DNA of 64,000 nt. It comes from Okamejei kenojei (taxonomy: Eukaryota). Positions 1 to 11,770 of the stretch are shown piece after piece. Made by a program: the position numbers and the translations under genes. Numbering within the stretch: position 1 is the stretch's first letter; every line of letters starts with the position of its first letter. The notes beneath the pieces were generated by a model. The model was not told where the DNA came from. It worked only from the letters and a program-made list of their open reading frames with translations, and searched no databases. Location: contig CM069161.1 of NCBI GenBank assembly GCA_035221665.1, positions 12,524,001 through 12,588,000 of the forward strand, given 5' to 3'.

Positions 1-262
1 CATGTTATAATGTTATAAGTGAGTACCTCCTTACTATGTTAGTCCGATCAAGGATAGTCCGAGGATCCATGAAGAGGTTGATAGTCGTTCAGCACTGCTC
101 TCTGGTTCTTCAATATAGATTCTATTGGCATTATGTCGCCCAGGACAGCAGGTCCAATATTTCGCTTTTCCAATTTCTTAAATAATGGGGTCAGGTTGGT
201 TACCCTCCATTGCACATCAACAGTTTCAGAACCTCCCATCTCCTGAGACATTTTATTTTTCA
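1..262 (-). mobile_element. Degenerate CR1-clade LINE ORF2 fragment
   Basis: QWRVTNLTPLFKK...NDYQPL resembles CR1 RT DWRVANVTPLFKKG...NYRPVSL. Confidence 0.55.
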
Positions 263-384
263 AATCACTAGAAGATAACTAAGACACCCATTACCTTTTC
301 AGTCATCGTTTCCCAACCATCTGAACGCAATCTTGAAGATCTGTGGGGATGATTGCGTCAAGGTGGGATCTGAGGAGATGCCAA

Positions 385-590
385 AAGGTACAATTATGCA
401 GTACACGTTCAATTGATCTTCACGCAATCAATGCGAGGTGTTACATTTTGGGAAGTTATTCCAGAGCAGGAACTTCATATTGAATGGCAGGGCCCTGGGG
501 AGTAGTGTAGAGCAGAGGGACCAAGGGGTGCGGGTACATAGTTCACGAGTTGGGCCGAAGGGCCTGTTCCCTGCTGTATGACTCTAATAC
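385..590 (+). mobile_element. CR1 LINE fragment with internal deletion joined to its 3' tail
   Basis: CEVLHFGK...NGRAL..VEQRDQGVRVHSS, followed directly by the tail ttgggccgaagggcctgttccctgctgtatgactcta. Confidence 0.7.
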
Positions 591-1264
591 CATTTCCCGC
601 CGTTTTTTAAAAATGTTCAGCTTTTTTGCTATGTACAAGAATAAGAATGCTACCAATAAACTAGAAAGCAAAACAAACAAATAATCCTTTTTTACTAACA
701 AACTCTTATTGAAAATGCATACATCTATCTCTACTTTAGCAATTGGACACAGCGAGAAAACTATTTCAGAGCATACTAATGAATCACTCCCTGCAGTTCG
801 ACCCAATTCATTGAATATTAACTCTGTGCATTGATTAGAAAATGTGCAGATTAATTAGTAATCGAGTGCATTAACTCGTGATTTACGGAATCAATTAGTG
901 ACCCTCGCAATTAATTGATAATGTGCGTCTTAATTTGTGACAACAGATATGCATTAATTGTGTTCATTAATTAGTGTGAATTAACTGGAGGTGCGGAATA
1001 TAATTATTGATTCAGTGCATTATTCACTACCGTAATATATCATTTAGTTGTTTGGTGCATTAATTATTGATTCAGTGGATTGAATTGTGATTCGTGGCAG
1101 TAATGCTCTTGCCAAGTATGAAATCATCTATTTAATCTCGTGTTACGCCAACCCGATGCTCCTGGCTACAAATTAAATATTTGTTAACGTCAGAAACTTC
1201 CTGTGGTGGGCAGAGGTTCAACTGTATAAGCATTTAGGTTAGGTTCATACCTCTTATGCCCACC

Positions 1265-1405
1265 CCCGGCTCTCAGTCTGGGGAAGGGTCTCGATCTGAA
1301 ACGTCACCTGTTCCTTTTCTGCAGAGACGCTGCCTGACCAGCATTACTCCAGATTTTTTGTGCATCTTCCGTGTAAACCAGCATCTGCCGTTCCCTCCTA
1401 CACAT
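1265..1405 (+). mobile_element. Penelope-derived terminal-repeat cassette (degenerate hammerhead core)
   Basis: gaagggtctcgatctgaaacgtcacc...gagacgctgcctg...taaaccagcatctg, the same family as 14292 and 22840. Confidence 0.75.
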
Positions 1406-1409
1406 TTGG

Positions 1410-1872
1410 CTTAGTTTGATTTAGTTGAGTGTGGTGTAGGTGTACCGAGGTGCACATTGAAAAGCATTTTTGTTGCGTGCTGTCTAGTCAGCGAAAAGAC
1501 CATACATGATTACAATCAAGCGGTCTACAGTGAACAGAAGATAGTCACTAAAAGCTGGAGGAACTAAGCGGGGATGGCAGCATCTCTAGAGAGAAGGAAT
1601 GGGTGACGCTTCTTAAGTAGGATCTCGACCCGAAACCCCCTCCTTCTCACCAGAGATGCTGCTTGCCCAGCTGAGTTACTCCAGCTTTTAGTGTCTATCT
1701 ACGGTTTAAAGAACCATCTTCTGCAGTTGCTTCTAACACACAGTCTACAGGCAACGGATAAAGGGAATAATGTTGAGTGAAAGGTAAAGGCCAGTAAAGT
1801 CAGATTATAGACAGTCTGATGGCCTCTAAAGAGGTAGATATTAGGTCAGGACCGATCTCAAGTTGGTAATAA
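1410..1872 (-). mobile_element. Rex/Babar-like LINE 3' tail split by a Penelope fold-back cassette (about 1537-1740)
   Basis: tgtaccgaggtgcac...aaagaccatacatgattacaatc resumes after 1740 and is colinear with the copies at 20860 and 31620. Confidence 0.65.
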
Positions 1873-2799
1873 GTCGACATTGTGCAAGGGATTTGAGAAC
1901 AATAAGAAAGCTTTGAATCTGATGGGATAGTAGCGTCCACAATGGAAGCTCAAATACAAGTCGTCGATAGAGAATGTAAGCGAAATTATAGGACAACTAA
2001 AAGCTTCTGTGTTCCACAAATATCCAGTAGATACTTATAATTCCCAGATGATGCGAAGAAACGTTTGAAATAAAGATTTTGTATTCACATGCACATTCAC
2101 TACATTACATACAAATGATTACACGGATATTTCTCACGGATTCCTCGCTTAATGAATGAATATTGGTTTACGTGAATGAATAACAAAAGAGGAAAATACA
2201 TTCTCAATTATATGTAACATATAATGGTTTCTGCAACGCTGCATCTCAATTTAACTTAAACCGCAATGTGCTTTTTTAACATGATGTTTACACACACGTT
2301 TAAATTCCAGTGGCAAATTATCTGTATATTAGTCAGGATGGTCTAAGTTATTTGTAGACTGCAGTTAAAAAAAAGATTACAGAGGACTTCATTGTATTTC
2401 GCGGAACAGCAGAAGCTTGGAAAGAAGTATATGTGTCATATGGTCATCTCCTAGGGCTACATATGGAACAAAAGATCGTTACACATTTGGAAATAAGGAA
2501 TTCAGTGCAGAACTTGGGATAATTAAGCTACTATTCAAAGGTCAATGGCCTGTTGCACATTTGACAGAAACATTTTAGAATTTTATGCAAACGTCGCACA
2601 GATACGCAGTGGATTCAATGGAAACATACAGTGGACCAGCAGAAGCAAAAGTTGCATCCATAGTCTCATTATCTGGAGAAACAATTCAACCCAGTGACAG
2701 GCAGCCTTCACAAGAATGCTACAACCCCCTTCACCATATTCTTTTCAATTGGAACACATTCAGAAAAAAAAGAAAACGGCGATAGAATGATTATCAGTT

Positions 2800-3092
2800 C
2801 ATGCAGATGTGTGGGGTAAGTTATTTTACTCGGGAAGTGGTAAGTGCCTGGAATACGCTACCAGGAGTGGTGGTTGAGGCGTATACGATATCGTATAGGC
2901 GCATGGGTATTCTGGAGATGGAAGGGCGTGGTTCATATATAGGCAGATTCAATAAATTTGGTCAGTCTGAAGGAGGGTCTCGACCCGAAACGTCACCCAT
3001 TCCTTCTCTTTAGAGATGCTGCCTGTCCCGCTGAGTTACTGCAGCATTTTATGTCTATTTTGGTATTATGTTCGGTACAGACATTGCTGTAA
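2800..3092 (+). mobile_element. CR1 3' end interrupted by a Penelope cassette (2962-3062)
   Basis: YFTREVVSAWNTLPGVVVEA is the CR1 ORF2 C-terminus; it is followed by ctgaaggagggtctcgacccgaaacgtc. Confidence 0.7.
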
Positions 3093-4419
3093 AACTACAA
3101 ATTCTGGCCCAAAATTCCATCGCTCTATCAATTATTTGATGGAAAATCTTCATTGGTGATCTCAAACTGCTCACTCAATTATTAATCCCCCAGCTTGATT
3201 CCAGTTGGGAAAACACCAACGAGTTTGTCCTCTTAGGTCCGCCATCAACGTCAGAGAAGGGTGGGAGATTGCAACCTTCACGTGGTCCACCCTGATGCAA
3301 TCAACCCGGCGTGTACAAACAAAAGATCAAATAGAACAAGTTGACCCACAACTTTAGGCTGTGCGCGCCATACGCAAGAAGAAACGCCAGAGAGAATAAA
3401 GGACAATAATGTTTAATTTAGATGTAGTCGTATAATGGCATAGTGAATGAACGGATAGCCAAATGTATCGCATATTAGTTTATCATCAGTCTGCGGATAT
3501 CTAAATCCATTATTTATTAAGGTTAAAGGAAATATAGTCTTGGACCCGTTGTGATATTATGTTAGTTACCAACTGAGGCCTTTTTGTATGGCTGTGAAAA
3601 ACGAAACGTGGCATAACATCAATGGTAGTATCTGAGCACGAACCCCTCCCTTTCCTTCAAACCCACTGCGGCGCGGTTAGGGTTGCTGGAACTACGTTGA
3701 ATTCTGCGATTAGAAATAAAATGTGACCATGGGGCTAGGAATTCAACAATATGATTATATTCATAATTTATTTTTAAGCTGTGAATGCACTGGTTTTGTT
3801 TTGGGATTAATCAAACGTACAATCTATGTTTTCTCTGTAGGGCATTAAGCACCGCGCAGCAGAAATTTCGGTATTTCGTATACGGAGCGCAATTGGGTTG
3901 ATTAATGGATGAGCAGTTTTGCTTTTCTTTGCAAATACCAATCAATATGAGGCAATGCCTGACTCAAATGTTAACTGGTAATTCGAACACAAAGTTGGGT
4001 CCAATCTAGTCCTGAGGACTAGCTCGCACACACTGTGGTAGACACATGATATCATTGGATGTTTGTATTAGATTACAGTATGATCTAACTATTTGTGATG
4101 AATGTGCTAAGTAAATTTCATCCTCGGCGACTACGGCTCTGCGGAGACGGGAATGTGCGTGGAACAGTGCCTAATGGGGTGCGCATTTGGAATGGACGTG
4201 CGTAATGATGGGATGCTTTTTTTTCTGTGAGGATGCAAGCGTCCGAATCATTTTACCGTTCTTTTCAGTACGGCGTTACAAATTCAGAAGTTCAGAAGTT
4301 CTAGGAGCAACATTTGGCGATTCGGCCCATCGTGTCTCTACTGTCCGGCTGATCTATCTTTCCCCCTCAACCCACCCCTCGTGCCTTCTACTCGTAACCC
4401 GTGACACCCTTACTGATCA

Positions 4420-4521
4420 AGTTGTCACAGGGAGAACGTACAAACTCCGCACAGACAGCACCTGTAGTGAGTGTCGACCCCGGCAAAGTAAAAGGCAGCA
4501 ACTCTACCGCTGCGCCACTGT
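4420..4521 (-). mobile_element. Truncated tRNA-derived SINE (HE1/V-SINE-like)
   Basis: Reverse complement gives acagtggcgcagcggtagagttgctgcc...gggtcgacac...ctgtgcggagtttgtacgttctccc. Confidence 0.7.
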
Positions 4522-4669
4522 GGCGCATTACTTCACTATTTTTTCAAACTGTAGTTATATCCGATTCCGTTCCGGTTAGAGTCCCTTTGCAGCTACCTAC
4601 CACACCACGACCCAGAAATAAAGGTGTTAAAAGTTGCTACACTTGAAGCTGACATGTGCAAAAAAATAA

Positions 4670-4820
4670 CGTGTGGGAAGGAACTGCAGATACTGGTTTA
4701 AGCCGAAGATACAAAATGCTGGAGTATCTCAGCGGCACAGGCAGCATCTCTGGAGAGAAGGAATGAGTGGCGTTTCGGGTCTCGTCCCGCTGAGTTTCTC
4801 CAGCATTTTGTGTCTACCTG
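4670..4820. mobile_element. Penelope-derived cassette, fold-back form
   Basis: acaaaatgctggagtatctcagcgg ... ccgctgagtttctccagcattttgt form inverted arms. Confidence 0.75.
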
Positions 4821-4963
4821 CAAAACTAATATTGGTAGTTCTAGATGTAATATAAGCAATTTCAGTAAAACAATACGTCAACTGACATACACGTTGAGAA
4901 ACAATAATTATCTGTACAGATTAAGTGGATAAATTATTTGTTAATCTTGAGGGACTAACCAAT

Positions 4964-5093
4964 TCAAGAAGGGTCTCGGCCCGAAACGTCTCCCATTCCT
5001 TCTCTCCAGAGATGCTGCCTGTCCCGCTGGGTTACTCCAGTTTTTTGTGTCTATCCTCGGTTTAAAACAGTATCTGATGCTCCTTCCTACACG
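4964..5093 (+). mobile_element. Penelope-derived cassette
   Basis: aagaagggtctcggcccgaaacgtc...gagatgctgcctgtcccgctg...ccttcctacac. Confidence 0.75.
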
Positions 5094-5325
5094 ATAAGAA
5101 TATGAAAACGCATCGTTGCGACTTTTGATTTGGCAGAATTATTTCTAAACTGTGGCGAGATTACTTACTGCTTCGCATTCCGGAAATGTGTACAATTCCA
5201 GTAAATGTGAAAGTTTACTAGTTACTCCGCTCAATTTGCTTTAATTGCTTCACAATGCGCTACGATGCCATTCTAATGTATTTAATGTAATAGTCGTTTG
5301 AACTCAGAACTAGCCTGGGAATAAA

Positions 5326-5445
5326 CACGTGGAAAATCGAGGGTACACAAGGGTCTGAAGAAGGGTTTCGGCCCGAAACGTTGCCTATCTCCTTCGCTCC
5401 ATAGATGCTGCTGCACCCTCTGAGTTTCTCCAGCATTTTGTGTAC
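5326..5445 (+). mobile_element. Penelope-derived cassette, subfamily 2, with intact hammerhead-like core (5355-5382)
   Basis: ctgaagaagggtttcggcccgaaacgtt, flanked by the direct repeat cctgggaataaa. Confidence 0.8.
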
Positions 5446-6204
5446 CCTGGGAATAAATGCTCTTGTGTACGCGGGCCGGAGGGCGGGCATACTGCTTTCA
5501 CTCAGAACCAATTGATTCGTTGTTCCTTAAATATGAGACCGACGAAATAAAAAAAATAACATCTAGTTCATTTACTATTAAAATATAAATATTCACTTAC
5601 ATTGAAACAAAAAGTATAGCAACAAAATATTAGCATTTGGTTAAAATCACTCACGTCTTCCAACTAAAATATAATACTATTGTTTCGCATTATTGCAACA
5701 TGTTTCCAGCATTTTTCTGTCTTTATTTCACATCCGTTGACTTGAATGGCAACATTTAGCGACTCGGATTAAGGAATACTGGCATGTCTGAAAAACCTAT
5801 CAAGAGATATAACTTAGAACCATTTTGTGAAGGAAGATAACAAAATTTGCCCTTTATTTTAGCTGTAGATTTACCGGATGTTGAAGACGAATATCGGTAT
5901 GAAATTTGAAACCCAAAAACGCCATGTGCAAAAAACACGAGCCTCTCGTACATCGATTTCAATTATTGACCTTCAAATCCGACTGCGAGAACGTGGGAAT
6001 AGAAGTTCTAGAAGTTTGGAAATCGTGTTGGAATCGGGGGCTCGAGTTTACAAATTGCATCGGAACAGAGGGTCGTTTGGTTCGCTGCAAATGCGGGCAT
6101 TCAATAGTATCAGATGTTGAGGCAAAACGTGCCCATTTGCTACGCATCTGGTCAAGTTCTACTTTATCCCCACTTGTAATAGTTTAAAAGTTACGGAGTA
6201 CACT

Positions 6205-6830
6205 AGAAAGGAAGAACCCAAGATAAGCAAACTCCGTTTTGGAGTTTTGTGCAAGGGAAATCATACTGGACCAATATATTGGAGTTCATTGAAGAAGTCA
6301 TAGACATTGTGGACATTTGGACACCAGTGGATCTGGTGTGTTTAGATGTCCTAAAGGCATTTAATAGACAATAGACAATAGGTGCAGGAGTAGGCCATTC
6401 GGCCCTTCGAGCCAGCACAGCCATTCAACATGATCATGGCTGATCATCCCCAATCAGTACCGCGTTCTTGCCTTCTCCCCATATCCCCTGACTCCGCCAT
6501 TTTAAGAGCCCTATCCGGCTCTCTCTTGAAAGCATCCAGAGAACCCGCCTCCATCGCCGTCTGAGGCAGAGAATTCCACAGACTCGCCACTCTCTGTGAG
6601 AAAAAGTGTTTCCTCGTCTCCATTCGAATGAGTTATGGCGTTGAAACAAATCCCACGATGTTTTCTTAATGTATTGGCACGGGTAGAACTTGGCTGATTA
6701 ACAACCAACAAGAGATTTACAGAAAATGAGTATTTTGCTGTTTGACAAGATGTAATGACAGGTGTGCAATGACGATCAGTAATGGGCCTCGCCTGCTTAC
6801 AGTCTTTATAAAATGAAGGCATCATTCGGA
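6205..6830 (+). mobile_element. Old CR1 RT fragment split by a younger CR1 3' end on the minus strand (6364-6630)
   Basis: VDLVCLDVLKAF precedes the insertion and a degenerate GVPQGSVLGP-like segment lies at about 6760. The insert starts with the tail atagacaatagacaataggtgcaggagtaggccattcgg. Confidence 0.7.
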
Positions 6831-7179
6831 TACATATTTTCCCATTGGTAACAGATAAAGTTAAGTAAGAAAGTAATTAATATAAGCAGATTACACAGAG
6901 ACATAAGTGAAAGTTAAAATGCAGATACAGGAAATCTGAAAAAATTGGCTCTTTGTATATTTCTTAATAAATGTAGAAAATCCTAAAAATCCTGAAGTGG
7001 GGCAGGGCATGTGGGGACGAAAAGGGGTTCATTGTCAAAATCAATTAACTTTAATAAAAACTGGCCTTCTGCTGAACAACCGCTGCAGTAAAAGAAGTGG
7101 ATCCACCAACGATGACAGTTTTGAGATTGATTAAGGTTGTATAAACAAGGAATTACAGAAGCTGGTTTACCAAAAAAAG

Positions 7180-7375
7180 ACACGAACTGCTGAAGTACCT
7201 CACCGGGTCAGGCGTCATCTCAGGGAAAATGGGTAGGTAAGGTTTCCGGTCGAAGAAAGGTCCCGACCCGAAATATCGAGGCTGAAGAAAGGCCCAGACC
7301 CGAAACGTTATCTATCCATGTTCTCCAGAGATGCAACCTGACCCGCGAAGTTACTCCAGCACTTTGTGTCTTTTT
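7180..7375. mobile_element. Penelope-derived fold-back cassette with two tandem hammerhead-like cores
   Basis: Inverted arms surround gaagaaaggtcccgacccgaaatatc and ctgaagaaaggcccagacccgaaacgtt. Confidence 0.7.
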
Positions 7376-7812
7376 TTTTTAGAATAAGTTAGCGCTATTT
7401 GAAACATTTTCACAAAGGTGTGTGGTTGCGGAAGTGCATTTCCTCCGAACGTGGTGAACATCGGTTACAAGATACCTGTTGTGAATCAAGTAAACGAGAC
7501 AGGCAGAAATCCCGTTGGGGAGGTGAGCAGAATGTCTTTAACAAGGATTTTTTTTCCCCTGGAAGAGACGTGGGGGGATTAAAGAGAAATTGAAAAGGAA
7601 ATAAGTGCAAATACTGGAATTGCGAAATAAAAGTGGAAAATGCTGTAAATATTCGGCAGCACGGGCAGCACCTGCGGAGAATGAAGCAAGAATGTTTCAC
7701 TTCGATGACCTTTGATTGGAATTATGGCTTTCATCAAAGTTCATACTTCAGTACATATTTCAAGCGAATTACGTTTTTCTTCGCACCTTCCTGTAAGTAA
7801 GCATTCATTCTT

Positions 7813-8124
7813 TAAATTTAGTTTAGTTTTGTTTAGTTTAGTTAAGCGATACAGCGCGAAAAAAGGCCCTTCAGCCCGCCAAGTCCGCGCCGATCAGCGA
7901 TCCCACGCACACCAACGCTATCCTACACACACTAGGGACAACCAAGCCAATTAACCTACAAACCTGTACTTTGGAGTGTGGGAGGAAACCGGAAATCCTG
8001 GAGAACCCCCACGCAGGTCACAGGGAAAACGTACAAACTCCATATAGACAGCGCCCTTAGTCAGGATTGAACCCGGTTCTCTGGCGCTGTAAGGCAGCAA
8101 TTCTACCGCTACGGCGCCGTGCCG
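7813..8124 (-). mobile_element. Full-length tRNA-derived SINE (HE1/V-SINE-like)
   Basis: Minus strand shows A box ggcgccgtagcgg, B box gggttcaatcc, central V-domain-like gagtttgtacgttttccc...ggtttcctcccacactccaaag, a LINE-like 3' end and a (ctaaa)n tail. Confidence 0.85.
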
Positions 8125-8179
8125 TGCTTTCTTACAATTTGGTTTCTTGCAAAATCTTTCGGATACTGCAAACTAAAAT

Positions 8180-8722
8180 CAAAAGAGCTGGTCCTTGTTG
8201 CGAATGGGGAGAGAGGGAGCAAGAGCGGAGCTGCTGGGTATCGAGAAGACCTTAGTGAGAGCCTTATCTCTAACGGAAGAGGAGAACCCCCGTTTCCGAA
8301 AGAATGAGGACATCTCCGATGCTCTAGTATGGAAAACCTCTTCCTGGGCGCAGATGCAGCGTAGAGGGAGGAATTGTGAGCAGGGGATAGAGTCTTTACA
8401 TGAAGCGTGGTGGGAAGAAGTGTAGTCTAGATAGCTATGGGAGTCAGTAGGTCTGCAGTAGATGTCGTTCAATAGTAGTCTGTCTCCTGTGATGGAGACG
8501 ATGAGATCCTGAAACGGTTGGGAGATGTTGGAGATGGTCCAAGTGAGTTTGAGTGCAGGATGGAAATTAGTGGTGAAGATGATGAAGTCAGTGAGTTCTG
8601 CATGGGTGCAGGGGGGCAGCACCGATGCAGTCTTCAACGTAGCGGAGGTCGAGTTCGGGGATAGGGCCAGTGTACGCCTGGAACAGTGATTGTTCGACGT
8701 ACCCTACAAAGAGGCAGTCATA
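8180..8722 (-). mobile_element. Penelope-like element RT fragment (frameshifted)
   Basis: CLFVGYVEQSLFQAYTGPIPELDLRYVEDCIGAA (degenerate YxDD), then FTTNFHPALKLTWTIS...IYCRPTDSHSYLDYTSSH...SIPCSQFLPLRCIC, typical of PLE RT palm/thumb. Confidence 0.88.
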
Positions 8723-8904
8723 CCCTACAAAGCTATAAACATGAACCTGTTTACAGTGAGCTAATCAACGGGTTGAAACTCTGCCATTTGCTATCGCCCT
8801 CTCTTATTTCCGGCATTTAGGGTCTAACTTTTATTTGTAGTTTGTAGTTAAAAAAAAACCAATTAATAATTTTTGCATCATCTTAAATTGCACAATCAAA
8901 TTAA

Positions 8905-9342
8905 TATAGAAAGATAGAAACATGGAAAATACGTGCAGGAGTAGGCCATTCGGCCCTTCGAGGCTGCACCGCCATTCAATATGATCATGGCTGATCATCC
9001 AACTCAGTATCCTGTACCTGCCTTCTCTCCATACCCCCCTGATCCCTTTAGCCACAAGGGCCACATCTAACTCCCTCTTAAATATAGCCAATGAACTTGC
9101 CTCAACTACCTTTTGTGGCAGATAATTCCAGAGACTCACCACTCTCTGCGTGAAAAATGTTCTCCTCATCTATGTTTCTATGTTTCTATCTCGGTCCCAA
9201 AGGAATTCCTTCTTATCCTTAGACTGTGACCTCTTGTTCTGGACCTCCCCAGCATCGGGAACAATCTTCCTGTATCTAGCTTATCCAACCCCTTAAGAAT
9301 TTTGTAAGTTTCTATAAGATCCCCCCTCAGTCTTCTAAATTT
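8905..9342 (-). mobile_element. CR1 (HER1-like) LINE 3' end
   Basis: FFTQRVVSLWNYLPQKVVEASSLAIFKRELDVALVAKGIRG followed by 3' UTR and a microsatellite tail. Confidence 0.9.
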
Positions 9343-9411
9343 AAAGCCAATCGGGAGCTTTCAGTGAGAACAGGTCGATAGTTGGCATTCTAAAGAAACT
9401 GAACGGCGTCA

Positions 9412-9606
9412 GGTAGACACAAAATGCTAGAGTAAATCAGAGGGTGGGGCAGCATGGTTGGAGAGAAGGAATGGACGACGTTTCCTATCGAGAACCCTTT
9501 TCAGATCATCCCTTCTTTCCAGAGATGCTGCCTCACCCGCTGAGTTACTCCTGCATTTTGTGTCTACCTTCGATTTAAACCAGCATCTGCAGTTCTGTCT
9601 TACACA
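9412..9606. mobile_element. Penelope-derived fold-back cassette
   Basis: ggtagacacaaaatgc ... gcattttgtgtctacc form inverted arms. Confidence 0.8.
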
Positions 9607-10399
9607 TCTCACTGAAAGGCGTCAACTGCATATAAATAACTGATCTTGCAATTCAAATTTATTTCAATTACGTTAATTATAATTCCGCAAGTATTTAAAA
9701 TACATTTTAATATTTTGTACGCAGCGTAATAAACCAGGGTGCAGTACATTATACCAGCAGAGCATGTTTTATTTTTGTCAGTGAGTATCTAATTTGCCAT
9801 CTCACGCAAAAAGACTCCAGTTGATCGCTCGTAATTCAGACTCCACTGCCAAATAAATATTTACATGAAATACCTTAAGTCCAGCAAGAATCAAATATTA
9901 GAACCACCACGTCGACGATATGAACTGTCCTGATTTCACTAATGGATGACAAAAACACTACCAGCGATTTAATCCACCAAACTGAAGGAGAGTACTATTT
10001 TATATCATGGGCAGAATTGACCATTTAGCGAATTATTACACTCACATCTTGAGGCCAATAATTGAGGCTGGGAAACTAATCCTATACATCCACATTCTAC
10101 TACACGTGCATGACCTACAGGCAACTTTTGAAGCTTGTAACCAAATACTATTCACAAACATTTCGCAAACTGAATGTAGTTTTACGGTCTGAACATTAGC
10201 CAATCAATTGAAAGAGTTTAATGTTTTTATTGAATGAAAATAGAATTGATATTGCACAGTAGCCGCGGAGTGAAGACGCCTGTGTACGGATACAGCAGAA
10301 TATAGATTGGTCATAGATATGGGCGGAGAAATGATCGATCGAGTTTCATCCGGGTAAATGTGAGATGTTGCATTTTGAAATCGGTATTGATTTGTCATC

Positions 10400-11045
10400 C
10401 CGATTTCACGTGTACAAAGATACAGTGAAAAGTGTCGTTTGCCTGCTATCTCGTCAAATCCTACCGTACATGCGTAGAATCAAGCAAGCACAACACGTAA
10501 GGCAAATGGAAAAATAACCAGGAGAAGAATATATTGTTACATCTTAACAGTATTAGAGGAACAGAGAAAGGGCTGGCAATAAACGTCCACGAGCCGCGTT
10601 AATGTAGGTTGGAAGATCGGTATTGCACGCTTCGCTTATGAGAGACCCTTTCAGTAGTCTCATAATAGTCTCATAATAGTGGTGACGAAGCTATTTCTTA
10701 ATCTGATGATTCGTGGTTTCAAACATTTGTATCATCTGCCCGCCAGGAGAGTGGTGAACAGGAAGTGACTGGGGTGTAAGTTTTCCCTGATTGCGCTGGC
10801 ACCTCTCCTGAGGCAGTGTGAAGTGCAGATGGAGTTGGTGTGTGGATGCTGGTCTGTGTGATGGACTGGGTTGCATCCACACGTCTGCACCTTTCTTGCA
10901 GTCTTTGGCAGAGCTCTTGCACACCAAATCCTGATATGAGGCATACTGAAAGTGCATCAGTAGAAATTGTTAAGAGTAGTTGGAGACATGCCGAATGTGC
11001 TTTGTCTCTCGGGGAAGTAGAGATGTCGGTGTGCTATGTTGACCC
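10400..11045 (-). mobile_element. Rex1/Babar-like LINE 3' region
   Basis: SHCLRRGASAIRENLHPSHFLFTTLLAGR...IRLRNSF matches the HP.H.LF.LLPSGRRY...RL.NSF C-terminus of this clade. Confidence 0.7.
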
Positions 11046-11770
11046 TAGTGGTTAGAGTTGGGAGATTAAATGTAAGGGGGAATTATACAGTTATTGGCAG
11101 GGCCATTGAAGGCATTGATGTACAGGTGTATTTTGGGATCCAAATCCATAGCTTTCTCAAAGTAAAAACACAGGTAGGTACAATTGTAAAGAAGGCAGGT
11201 GACATACTTGCCTACATACGCGGGCCATTGAGTGTAAGAGTCAGGAAGCCATGTTGCAGCTTTGTAGAAATTTGGTTAGGCTGCTTTTGGATTGTTGCAG
11301 TTCTTGTCACTCATTCACAGGAAGCATGTGACGTCTTTGGAGAGGGCTTAAGGGAGGTGTCGGGATGCTACCGGGACGAGAGGGTAGTAGCTATAAGGAG
11401 AGATTGAACAAACTTGGATTGTTTTCTCTGGCATGTCGGAGGCTGAGGGGTGACTTGATAGATGTTTATAAAAATACGTGAGACACAGATAGGCTCTTCT
11501 TCTTTCCCAGGCTGGAATTTTCAAATATTAGATGGCAGAGCAACAAGATCAGAGGACGGAATTTTAATGGAATTGTAGGGAGATTTTTTGTTGATGGCTA
11601 CCTGGGACGCCAGGGTTGTGCTGGAAACGGGGACGATAGTGGCGATATGCAGAGCATGGAGGGATATGGAAGGATATGGAGCAGATGCTGACAGAACGGG
11701 TGAGTTTAACTTGGTATCATGTTTGACACAAGCATAGGAAGCATGGGAGGGTCTGCTCATGTCTTCTAAT
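11046..11770 (+). mobile_element. Degenerate CR1 LINE 3' region
   Basis: GNYTVIGRAIEGIDVQVYFGIQIHSFLKVKTQVGTIVKKA, later RLNKLGLFSLACRRLRGDLIDVYK. Confidence 0.8.
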
